Assembly: GCA_964187785.1 (NCBI GenBank) | Contig: OZ076421.1 | Span: 51,212,001 to 51,276,000 of the forward strand | DNA: 64,000 nt | Direction of reading: 5' to 3' | Source of the DNA: Amphiscolops sp. MND2022 | Taxonomy: Eukaryota | Part shown: piece after piece, positions 52,799-63,093 of the stretch | Layout: the number at the start of each line of letters is the position of its first letter | Position numbering within the stretch: position 1 is the stretch's first letter | Made by a program: the position numbers and the translations under genes | The notes under the pieces: generated by a model | Database searches by the model: none | Told to the model about the DNA's origin: nothing | The model's input: the letters and a program-made list of their open reading frames with translations, nothing else

Positions 52799-53883
52799 AG
52801 GCCCGCTATGGTGTTTCCAGAAGGTCCAAGAACAATGAGGAAGCGTTGCAGATGCTAGAACAAACCACAAAACTTGATGGCGAAAGAAACAAAGTTGGCC
52901 TTTCTGGAAATGAAAAGTTGCCCTTCTTGCCGAACAATTTTTCTTCGGCCTCGAGACAAACGAAGTCGTTGGGGGCATAGACTCGAAAAGAAACCGGAGT
53001 TGAAGAAACTCTATCAACACTCCATCAAAGTAGCTGTTGAGGAAGGATTGCTATGTGAGAGTCCTAATGCAGGGTGAGTTAGAAGCCACAAAACTGGAAA
53101 GACAGTGGAATGTACCACATCACGCAGTTGAAAACCCAAACAAACCTGGGAAAAAGAGGCGAGTCTGCAACGAAGTGTCTAAATTCAGAGGAAATTCACT
53201 GAAGGATAACCTCTTGACAGGACCCGACCAACTGCAGAATCTGATTGGAAATATCTTCAGGTTAAGAGAACAAAGATCGCGATTACCGCCGACATAGAGG
53301 CGATGTTTCCTCAAGTGAAAGTACCACCAGAAGTGTTGTGATTTTTATGAAGAGACAACCCAAACAAACTCGTCAAGGTGTATGAGTATGGAAGACATAT
53401 CTTCGGAGCAAAAAGTTCGCCAACTTGCGCTAATCATGCTCTGCAACAAGTTGCAAAAGATAACGCACAGGAGTCCCCCACAAATTACCAAACTGATAAT
53501 GCGAAGTTTCTATATGGATGATTTTGTCAAGTCTGTTCCCAGCACTGAGCAGGTTTTTGAAATCTACCAATTGTTGCGAGCAAATTTTGGAAGTGCAATG
53601 GAACGTTAAAGCGGTCGATCTGGAAGTCTGAAGAGGCATGCAGAAGGAGATACCAGCGAAGATAACTCAGAGAGCGGTGTTATCCCATGTTTAAGCTGTG
53701 TTCGACACTCTGGGAATAGTGTCTCCTTTCAGCATAAGATAGCGACTGCTACTGTAATCAATATGGAAGGAGAACGGACAGTTGTGGGATGAAAAACTTA
53801 ATGAAGAAAACCGACATGAATTCAAGAAATGGGCATCAGAGATGATTCATGTGAATCCAATGGTCCTTTAAAGAACATACTTC
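52799..53883 (+). pseudogene. BEL reverse-transcriptase segment inverted relative to the rest of the element
   Basis: RT motifs read on + while gag, RNase H and integrase read on -. Confidence 0.9.
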
Positions 53884-55359
53884 TGGACCAGACGACTGCA
53901 TCTTGCGTAACAGCGTCTGAAGAAGATGCGCTGGAAGAACAGATAAAAGCTTGGTGGGACATTGAATCATATGCGAAACACCCTGGAGGTTCGAAGTTCC
54001 CAAACTGCACATGCTGTTGATCTGTCTTGTTGATTTGCATCTTCGCTGATGCAGCTTTCGGCGCGAATCGACTGGCCGACGTACAATCCTTTATCATGGT
54101 CGGCTGGGCCGTTTTGGCACCAGGTGGGGCATTTGTGTTGTATGTGGCAAAGAGTCAGGTTTCGGTTGAATGGGCCAGCAGTACAACGCATTCATGACTA
54201 ACCCCACTGTCCTTCCTCGTTGCTTTGCTCTCGTGGTTGATCTAATCTAACCACGACGGACCCTTTTCGAAGAGGTCGCTCTGAGCGGCTGTTGGAGAGA
54301 CACTCCGAAAACTAATGGTTTCCCGACTACTCCCCGCTCGAACTACTTCTATTTCCTTTTCTGAGATTCGTAAGGCTATTGCCTTCTCCTCTTGGAGTTT
54401 AGCAATTTCGAGTTCTTCTGTGAGATTATCCATTTTCTCATGTTTCTTTCGGATCTCGGCTTGACGTTAGTTTGCCGCTAATTGTTCATCAATTTCTTCT
54501 TGTTTCTTCAATGCTTTGTAGTAGTTGTCTTTGAACCAACTGATGTTCTGTTGCTTTCGGTTCGATCTCGTTGTGAATGTTTGCTCAACCTCCCTATTGG
54601 CAGTGGTTTAGACTCTTGGTACTTGTCCGATATCTGATCCTTATGTTCTTTTTGTACGTTCTCAAGTTCTGACTCTTTTTGGGGTCAGGGTGCGCTTTTG
54701 CGAGATTTGTCTGCTGTGGAGTTTACACGAACGTCTGCCAGTCTTGTTCATTATCCTCCAGGCTTCGCAAAATCGCCCCCACGTCTCTTGACTTCAGCGA
54801 AGCTTCAATTTTTGTTTTGATATCTGACCTCTTTTGAAGCAACTCTTGACATTCTTCTTCGTCAACCTCTATGCCGTTTGCGATCGCATCATTCCGCAAC
54901 TTTCCATTGCTAACCATTCTTTAATTAAGAGGACGTTTCTTTTCCTCAAGATCCAAATACATTTGTATTTCACTTCCATCGCGCATTGCCGACATCAGTT
55001 TTGCCAACCTTCCATTGCTAGAGTTTTGTTGCTGCAACGTCTCAAATCGGCTCTTCATTTCTTTGTTCTCGTATGCTTGATCTGAGGTTGACACTTGAGC
55101 TTTATTGCTTTTTGAACTGCGTCTATGAGCTTCTGAGCGGTTTCCTATATCCGAGACAGTAATTCAGCTATTTGCTTATCATCATGGTCGTCTTATAAAC
55201 TCTCGTCAATTTCTCTTCTCGACTTACCATGATCGACAGTTTGGTTTTGTCTGCTGAGTTCTTTGAAAAGTTTTGCAATTTTGTTAGGATCAAAACGTTT
55301 GGATTCTGCAATTTTCTCACTTTGCAATAGAATTCGATTTACACAGTCACAATAACCCA

Positions 55360-55490
55360 AACTCCCAGAGACACAAAGAACAATTCTCCCAGAGACACAA
55401 TAGACCAAATTCCCAGAGTCGCAACTGTCCAAACTCCCAGAGTACACTGTAGCCCAAACTCCCAGAGTACACTGTATACCCAAGAACTCC
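55360..55490. repeat. ~24-bp tandem repeat CCCAAACTCCCAGAGTACACTGTA in the BEL leader
   Basis: About 5 degenerate copies. Confidence 0.75.
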
Positions 55491-55684
55491 AGTAATCCCA
55501 CTCCGAATACAATATCCCGGAGTCTGCAGAGGTACTCCAAGCCCTAGAGTATACAATTTACCCAGAAGAGCCCAGATGAGACCACTTTGCAGCAAACACG
55601 GTTTTGTATGGATCACCAACAGTCGTCGTTCACTGTACACGTTCACTTGTTCGCACGGTGCTTTTCTGGATGTGTAGCAGTTAG

Positions 55685-55810
55685 ATGATCATCCAGTTGT
55701 CCGCCCAAATGATGATGTCCGCCAAATTAATCATGTCCGCTCAATTGATGATGTCCGCCCAATTGATGATGTCCGCCCAACTGATGATGTCTGCCCAGTT
55801 GATCATGCCC
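55685..55810. repeat. 18-bp tandem repeat TTGATGATGTCCGCCCAA directly next to the BEL PBS
   Basis: About 6-7 copies. Confidence 0.85.
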
Positions 55811-55826
55811 GGGTCTGCGCACCAAA

Positions 55827-56304
55827 TGTTACCTCTGCTTGATGCCTCCACTCGACCAAACTTTACGCCGCGATGAATTCGGTGCTCGGCACTGCGGTTC
55901 GTTACCGAACACTGCTTGCTTCCTAGAATAAAAGGACTGTATCTTGTCTAAGTAGAATCCAATGATCCCAAATTGCACTTCTTCCTTGTCTCTTAACGCG
56001 TCCAACTCTCCACAAAGTGAGAGCAACTAACTTAGTCGCCCGCCCAACTAACTAAGTCTTTGGCGAAATGTCGAAAAGAGGCAAAGAACTGAATTGAGAA
56101 TTGGAATGTTCATGAGACCCAACTTCAATGCAAATTTCCATTTGCTTTGTGTCTACCTAGGTATGGTATAAATCTCGTTTACCACTATTCCATAATAATG
56201 AGTCAAAATATGAAGTATAAATAAGTGACATTTAGGTGAACTTTTAAAGTTATTGGCTATGTAAACAAAGTATGCGGTGGATATGGTATGTTGGTGAGGT
56301 GGGC
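55827..56304 (-). repeat. BEL 5' LTR (outer terminus damaged)
   Basis: Starts TGTTAC on +; ends GGTGGGC instead of GGTGACA; 17 mismatches in the first 100 nt versus the other LTR. Confidence 0.88.
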
Positions 56305-57466
56305 TCAGAAGCATGTTTATACAAAGTAAATATCACCAATTTCAACAGAGTTACTTTCTAAGAGGATCATATGGGTAAATAACAAAGTTTAGGCTTTGGC
56401 TCATTGACCTCGAACATTGCACATGTGCGGGGTAACGGGGGTTATAGTGTGTGACGGACGTTGAAACTTGGCCGGTGTGTTCGTGTTAGGTACCTGAATA
56501 TGTGTACCAAATTTCATGGCTGTATGGTTCATAGTTGTCGTGAAAACCCAGTTGGGGAGTTGCAGGTTTATGACGATTGGATTTTCTTCAATTTTTTTTG
56601 TGTTTTCTGAGTTTAAGTCTTGTTTCTCAACCAGCATGTTTGAAATTGACTTTCTTCGCCTGCTGATGACTGGCGCCAACAAAGGGTATCCTTTCACTAA
56701 GTGAAAATTGTATTGCAAAAAGTCGCAGTGTCAAAAAAAATCATATGTGTTTTCAACAACCATTGATGAAACTCATCAGTTCTAAATGATTTAAAAGTTT
56801 GGAAAAAAAATCATTGTTCCAAAAAACGCAAATAATGGGACCATTTGGGTTTTTTACCATCCAATTGTGTGCAACAGATCAAAAAGACAACAAACAGCAA
56901 AGAGGGACCCCTCGACGACAAAAAATAGGAAAAAGTCTCAATGCCAAAACAAACTAGTAAAACCAAACATTCTGTGTTGTCTATTAATGAAAATGCTGCA
57001 AAAATTATGCTACCCAAAGGCGGCACCCTTTGCAATGCTTTCTAGTAAGATAGGAAGGCCTATAGAAATTTTGTTAGAAAGAGGACCTTTCAATGTGATG
57101 TCTGACAAAAAATTAAGAATAGTAAGAGTCGGGCATTTTCTGTTTCAAAAAAGTGCCGACAAAAAACTACCAACCAACAATCACCAATTTTGAAACCACA
57201 TGGTTCATAATTTTAAAAAATTAAGTCAAAAGCCACATGAAGTTTCAAACAATTTTTTTTGTAACTAACGTTGTCATCTACAGATTTTTACCAAAAAAGT
57301 GATGGAAAATTATTGCAAATAAAAAGGAGCGGTTCCAAAAACACGTAATATTTTTTGTAAGCTGTTGCGTAACATGTAGTAGTAGTAGTAAAAGACTCAA
57401 TTCCAATTACGGAAATTATTTAACAAAGAAAAATAATTATAGCGAACAAAACATAAATCAGTTGAA

Positions 57467-60304
57467 TTAGGACCTACAACAAGTGCACATACATTTGAGG
57501 TAGAAGCAACAAGAATTATCGATGTTAAAATTCTTTGTTAGCATCTTGGAATAACAGTCAAGAGAAAACTTTAAAGATGATAGAGACATGGTTAAAGATA
57601 TAACATTTTGACTTAAGAGAAAGTTTACAGAACGTGTGGCTCGTACGAAGAAGTTAGCGTTTGAGCCAAGTTTTTTTGTATCAGGGATAATAAATTGATT
57701 GGCCGAAGATGCACGCGTACAAGAGGCAACATTAGATGGACAGTATTCACAATCAACATCACTATTGTAAATTTTTCACAGTAGAATCACGTCAGCTTTG
57801 ATGAGTTGGTAGCAGATTGGAAGAAACTGTAGCTGGAGCAGACCTGAAACATAGTCCTCTGATGAAAACATCCATTTCAAAACTTTATATTGGAATTTTT
57901 CTAGTCTTGCAATATACGTGGAGGAGGGAAACCACACAGGAGAACCGTAGAGAAGAACAGATAAAATAATACTTCGATAAAACAGTTTCTTTCTGACAAT
58001 AGAACAATTGAATGGAACATTGCTTCGAAGAAACCCAAATATTTTTCGAGCAGTGGCTAATTTATGGTCAATGTGGCTGTTCCAGCTTAGATTGTGAGTA
58101 GTCAGGAAGCCCAAATCTTTTATATTGTCAACCACCGGAAGATCATTGTCGCCAAGAATGAATGACTCATCGAAAGACGAGGAACCAAAAGGTAAAATTT
58201 TGCACTTTGAAGGGTGAAAGATCAGACCGTTGGCAATACTCCAAAGACACAAGTTGTCAATATCACTTTGAATTTGGCGGGGATCAACATCGAACAACAC
58301 CTTCATATCATCAGCAAACAAGAAAGGAGTACCATAAACTATTAAGTTTGGCATATCGTTTACAAACAGGATAAACAGTAATGGACCCAGTACACTGCCT
58401 TGCGGTACACCAGAAGAAACGGTTATTTTACTGGAGAAGGTATTATTAAGTTTTACACACTGGGAGCGTTCATCCAGGTAAGAAGAGAACAAGCGAATAA
58501 AATCTGGACAGAACCCGAATTTCACAAGTTTTTGCAGAAGTAAGTGATGAGGCACTGAGTCGAAAGCTTTTCTGACGTCGAAATATGCAGCTAATGACGG
58601 TACGTTGGAATCAATATTACGGTAGACTTTATCAAGATATAATATCATCTGCGTTACAGTACTTCGTTTTGTCATGAAGCCGTGCTGGTTTTTAGTAATC
58701 GAATTTCGGACTTTTGGATATATAAAATTTAAAAGTATACGTTCCAAAATAACAGACAATTTAGGCAAAATACTTATTGGTCGATAGTTTTCTATCTGCG
58801 TTCGCGGACCATCTTTGTGAAGAGGAGTAACAAAAGACAACTTCCACACAGCAGGCCAAGTTCTATTATGTAAAACCCAGTTGAAGAGTTCAGTAACTAT
58901 GGGAGTAAGGATCTGAGAACATCGATATAGAATGAAGGAGGGAATACGATCTGGACCAAGGGATGACGAATCATTGCCTTGACTAAGCATGAAAGTAACA
59001 GTTTCCGCCCGAATAGAAACATCATCAAGACAAATTTTGTGATCTGAAGACATGAAAAGAGTAGGTGGGGTGATGGTTTTGGGACCAAATACTGATCCGA
59101 AATAGTTATTAAAACAGGTTGCTTTCTCACTTTCAGTATGTAAAACTTGATCTTCAAAGTACATAACAGCAGGATATGATTGACTAAAACCTAGTGAACG
59201 CAGAAGTTTGAAACAGTCTGTTGGCGACTTTAAGCTGAATTGCTCAATGTAAATGTGTTTGTCAAGTTCAATAGATTCAGAGAGGACACGTGTCAACTCA
59301 ATATGCTTGATTGAATTGTGGAGCGACCAACCTTTGTTCAATTTTGTTTGGTTAGTTCTAACAAGATTGAGAATATGGATTGTATGTGATGAGTAGAAAG
59401 CTGGAAAATGAAGTCTTTTGGAACGCTTGAGCTGCAGAGATCTTCCAATAGATTGGGTTAAAAGTTCATACCATTCGTAAGGATAACAGGGACTAGACAT
59501 GTTATCAAGTGTTATGAAATTGAATAAAGTTTCAAGATTACTGTTGAAAAGGAATTGGTCAAAAGAAGATTTGGAGAACGATTCAATACAAACTGGTTTA
59601 GGCAGGCAGCAAGACGTGTAGATTAATATTGGAAAATGATCAGAAAACAACTGTTGGTGAACATTGAAAAAGCTAGTGTCGTCATTTGTTAGAATCAGGT
59701 CAAAAATGTTTCCCAACTTATGAGTCGGGACATCGAATAACTGCGAAACTGCTAACAGGTCAGAGGTTTCAATAAACTTTTGCTCATTAGTATTTGATGA
59801 TGTTAGAGTAATCCAATCGATTTCAGGAAAATTGAAATCGCCGAGAATGTATAAGATATAGTCTTCACCAAAACCACATTGATAACTCATTGAGGCAAAT
59901 TTCGTAATATAAGAATGTAGACATGATGTCAAAATCTTGCAGTCTATGCGGTATTCAGATGTAGAAGGTGGGAAATAAATAAGAACGAAGCATATGAGTT
60001 TCACGTCAATAATAACACAGGCTACAGAGAATTCGTAGTCGACAATAGAAACATCCATAATATTCAGGTTGACATCATTTGAGGCACCAATCAAAACACC
60101 ACCATGAGAGCCAAAAGAACGGTCAGAGCGAGAGATAACAGTGAAAGAATTGCCCAGAAAAACCTCAGAATTCTTTACGTCATTTGAAAGCCATGTTTCC
60201 GTTAAGAAGATTAAAGAAACAGTGTTGACAGTACATAACTTGTTCAAATTTTGCCTCTTTTCAATGCTACAGATTGACTGACAATTCACCAAAAGACAGT
60301 TTAG
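57467..60304 (-). CDS. LINE ORF2: apurinic-like endonuclease + reverse transcriptase, one internal TGA at 57776-57778
   Basis: LTETWL, GDFNFP, DLILT, SDHFPI (APE); YRPISIL, QHGF, KAFDSV, GVPQGSVLGP, FADD (RT); frame continues 102 codons past the TGA to CCFYLKCMCTCCRS-TAA. Confidence 0.93.
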
Positions 60305-61189
60305 TCAGTCCGTTGGAGTTTCGACTGGTTTGCCTTGGTAGAAAAGCTGCAAGTTTTGGATGCGGAAATCCTCTCTCTCTTTACCTTCCGACACCATAGA
60401 ATAACGCTTTTGTAGTACAGCTTTCTCAATTTTACGTTCAGTAGGTGTCAAGAACTTCTTGACATACACTGGATCAGTGTATGTTTTCAGGTAATGACTT
60501 CTGGCAAAACAATTTAGTAGAAAATGACTGTTTGATGTAGAAATCAATAAAGGACGACAACTTCTAGGTGTGTTATTGGCCGGATTTATTTTTTTGCCAA
60601 GCCTTCTCACTGCAGTGACATTGCCTTCAGTTTTCAGACCCATGTGACCAAGGATTTTGTTAACACTTTCCGAATCATGTTCAAGTTGCTCAAAGTAGGT
60701 TGACCCACTTTCACTTGCACCAGTAAGGACAAAGTTTAATTCAGAAGATGGAGCCGATTTGTTTAAATTTTTGCCAGTTACCACGTCTTTATATGAGGGT
60801 AGCGAGTCAACGACAGCAGTTTTAACTTTTTCATTCAATTCAATTATTACCTTTGGCAAAGATTCATCGATTGCTTTAGGGATAAGTTCAGCAACAGAAG
60901 TTTTGATTTTAGAAGTAAAAGAATCAAATAATGATGTCAACTTATCTTCGGAATTGTTGGTGAAAACTTCATTATTCACGCATGAATTGCACACCCACAA
61001 ACAGTTGGGATTTGATCCAAGCCATTCAAGATCATTGACACTCAAGTTGACACATCCACCGTGGACCCAGCCGTTGCAAGAGTGGCAGCAAATTCCTGAT
61101 TTGTCATCATCCTTGACAGCCTTGTTGCATTCCTTGCACAGAGTGGATGAAGCTTTGGAATTGTTCCGTAGTTTGCGAACATTCGCCAT
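60305..61189 (-). CDS. LINE ORF1 with N-terminal PHD (C4HC3) finger, 294 aa from ATG 61189
   Basis: CKEC...CHSC...HGGC...WVCNSC spacing; intact frame. Confidence 0.92.
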   Translation of the reverse strand: MANVRKLRNNSKASSTLCKECNKAVKDDDKSGICCHSCNGWVHGGCVNLSVNDLEWLGSNPNCLWVCNSCVNNEVFTNNSEDKLTSLFDSFTSKIKTSVAELIPKAIDESLPKVIIELNEKVKTAVVDSLPSYKDVVTGKNLNKSAPSSELNFVLTGASESGSTYFEQLEHDSESVNKILGHMGLKTEGNVTAVRRLGKKINPANNTPRSCRPLLISTSNSHFLLNCFARSHYLKTYTDPVYVKKFLTPTERKIEKAVLQKRYSMVSEGKEREDFRIQNLQLFYQGKPVETPTD

Positions 61190-61493
61190 AACATTCAATA
61201 TGAAACTATTTAATGTAATACACTAATGTAATACACTATTGTTCACTAAAGCTGTTGACAAGTTTCAAACGAATGAAGTAACAACTGACTGGTTGTTAAT
61301 TTTGCTTGAGATTGCATTTGTCAATCGCTTTAGTGAATATTAGTGTATTTGTTTCGTAGTTTGAAGTTTCTACCGAATATGTTTTCAGAGTTCGAAATAT
61401 TCTGACAGCTTTTAAACCAAAACACTTAGAATGACAAGAATATTAGCATGCGGAACAATCACTCATGTCTTCACAAACAATTCATGTTTTCAG

Positions 61494-61616
61494 TTGATGT
61501 GGGGATCGGACTGTACATGCCCGGAGAATGAAAAGAAGACAAATGGAGGAATCTTGGAAAAAGCATCGATTGCTCTTCCAAGTGTCCTTCTGTTGTCTTC
61601 AATGCAACTTGTCTGA
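61494..61616 (+). CDS. Probable terminal exon 8 of the host gene, GPI-signal-like C-terminus
   Basis: Acceptor ATGTTTTCAG; phase 0 matches exon 7; encodes LMWGSDCTCPENEKKTNGGILEKASIALPSVLLLSSMQLV-stop. Confidence 0.65.
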   Translation: MMWGSDCTCPENEKKTNGGILEKASIALPSVLLLSSMQLV

Positions 61617-62946
61617 GAGATCTCTTCAGCATGGAAAGTCTACAAGGATTGTTGAAGTTCTACCTTGAGCCGAAACTGAACACAGTGAATATGCACTAAA
61701 CACAACAATTCATTTCTTTCAATTTTTCTGATGCAAAAGCACGTACGTTTGAAACGAATGCATTTTTGTAGGAAAGTCTTACTTAGTGAATTGTTATTTA
61801 ATGGAAGCCAAATCTCAAATTGAAGCCATTAGAATTGTCAACGAAGCATCGGATCAATGAATTGAAAATTGCTGCGTTTTCATTTATCTTGTAAATAGAT
61901 ATGAATATTTTTCATTATTATTCTAGAGCTCCGACTTTTCAACTTTTGGTTTTGTTTTGTTGTTGTTCAATAACGCTATTTCACAGATGATTAAATGCAG
62001 AATGAGTTGTTTTCTCAATCTTCTTTTGGACCCTGAAAACGTTTTTTTTTTCATAAAAGTCGGATTCCAAGTTGCTTGGAATGACAATGAAAAAATTTGG
62101 AAGTTGCAAAAAATACGAATACTATGATGTAAATCTATTTCAATGAATTATCAAAATAATTTAATAAATTTACAAGTATCTATACTTTTTTTGAAACTCT
62201 GGGAGGCTCGATTTTGGGACAAAAAAAATCAGTTTTCTCAGACCAACGGCGTCACTTGTACCAAAAAATGGTACTTCATGGCAAATAAAATTTTACACCG
62301 CCGAGGACATTACGCCGTTCAAAGCGGACATTACCTGCAACAATTTGAAAGATTGTTTCATGTATAAATATCGGGAACGAAGTCAACTTTGGGCGCAATG
62401 TCATAAACTTTAGCTTGAACACAATCTCATTTTTTTGTCTTTCTAGGGCAGATTAAATCCGAAGCAGACTTCAGCGCAATTATGACTGCGTTATTTTTTA
62501 ATTGAATAAACACGCAATTGGCAACTGACAACATGTCAAGCAAACCAGTAAGGCAGTTTTTAGTCGGCAATTTCGTCGAAAAAAGGCAGATTAGTGGTGG
62601 CTTTTTTATTTAAAGACCAGCGAATTGGCACATTTCTATAAGTCTTTCTATAAGTTCAAATTCATGAAACGTTTCATTTGAAATTTTTTGGTACACAATT
62701 AATTTACTGCTTCGTCTACAGGTTAACGAAAGTTTCTTTCAATGAGTTCCACTGCGTGTACGGTGGTTTGAATCCTGCGCTGAAACCAAAAAATTTCAAA
62801 TGTAGAGGCTGACTAAAATTACCACAATAGAATATCTTTGCATATTAGAAGCACTTTGCTCTGTTTGAAACTTGAACGGGCTTTTAGAACATTGAGGAAA
62901 CAAGTCTCCTGTCTAGGCGTCCTGAGCAGTTTCTCCTTACGTGTAG

Positions 62947-63093
62947 ACTGTGCTCATTTTACTGGACGTTACATCTGGAGTAGTTTTCTGGCAACCACAG
63001 CAGGAAAGATTTTATCACTTTATCCCAGACTGTTTTCAAAAAAATTTTCCAAGTCCGTTAGGCTTCCATGTATGTTTCAATCATTCCTTGAAG
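62947..63093 (+). other. Isolated candidate exon (147 nt)
   Basis: TTCTCCTTACGTGTAG acceptor, AAG/GTAAGT donor, open in phase 0; no partner exons found. Confidence 0.25.

Larger units (their letters stand above)
50657..56304 (-). mobile_element. Decayed, internally rearranged BEL/Pao LTR retrotransposon
   Basis: Two ~465-480-bp LTRs; minus-strand PBS TGGTGCGCAGACCCGGG (55808-55824, closest to tRNA-Phe type); PPT GGGAAGAG (51121-51128); integrase CLTTRAVHIEVV/ILSDNGTNF; RNase H IFSDG..WTDSTTVLQWL..FVANRV; RT PHHAV..TGPD..ADIEAMF..YMDDF. Confidence 0.93.
57376..61400 (-). mobile_element. Near-intact non-LTR retrotransposon of the CR1/L2 group
   Basis: PHD-finger ORF1, APE+RT ORF2 without RNase H, ~90-nt 3' UTR, (TAC)5 tail at 57376-57390; 5' boundary approximate; no convincing TSD. 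Confidence 0.95.

Noticed and set aside
57776-60307. Alternative genetic code with TGA = Trp or Sec
   Set aside because: TGA, TAA and TAG stops are all scattered through decayed TEs, and the host gene appears to terminate at TGA; no SECIS evidence.
60759-61226. 155-aa plus-strand ORF antisense to LINE ORF1 (and similar antisense ORFs over the Gypsy and BEL elements)
   Set aside because: Shadow frames of real coding sequence; no independent start context or motifs.
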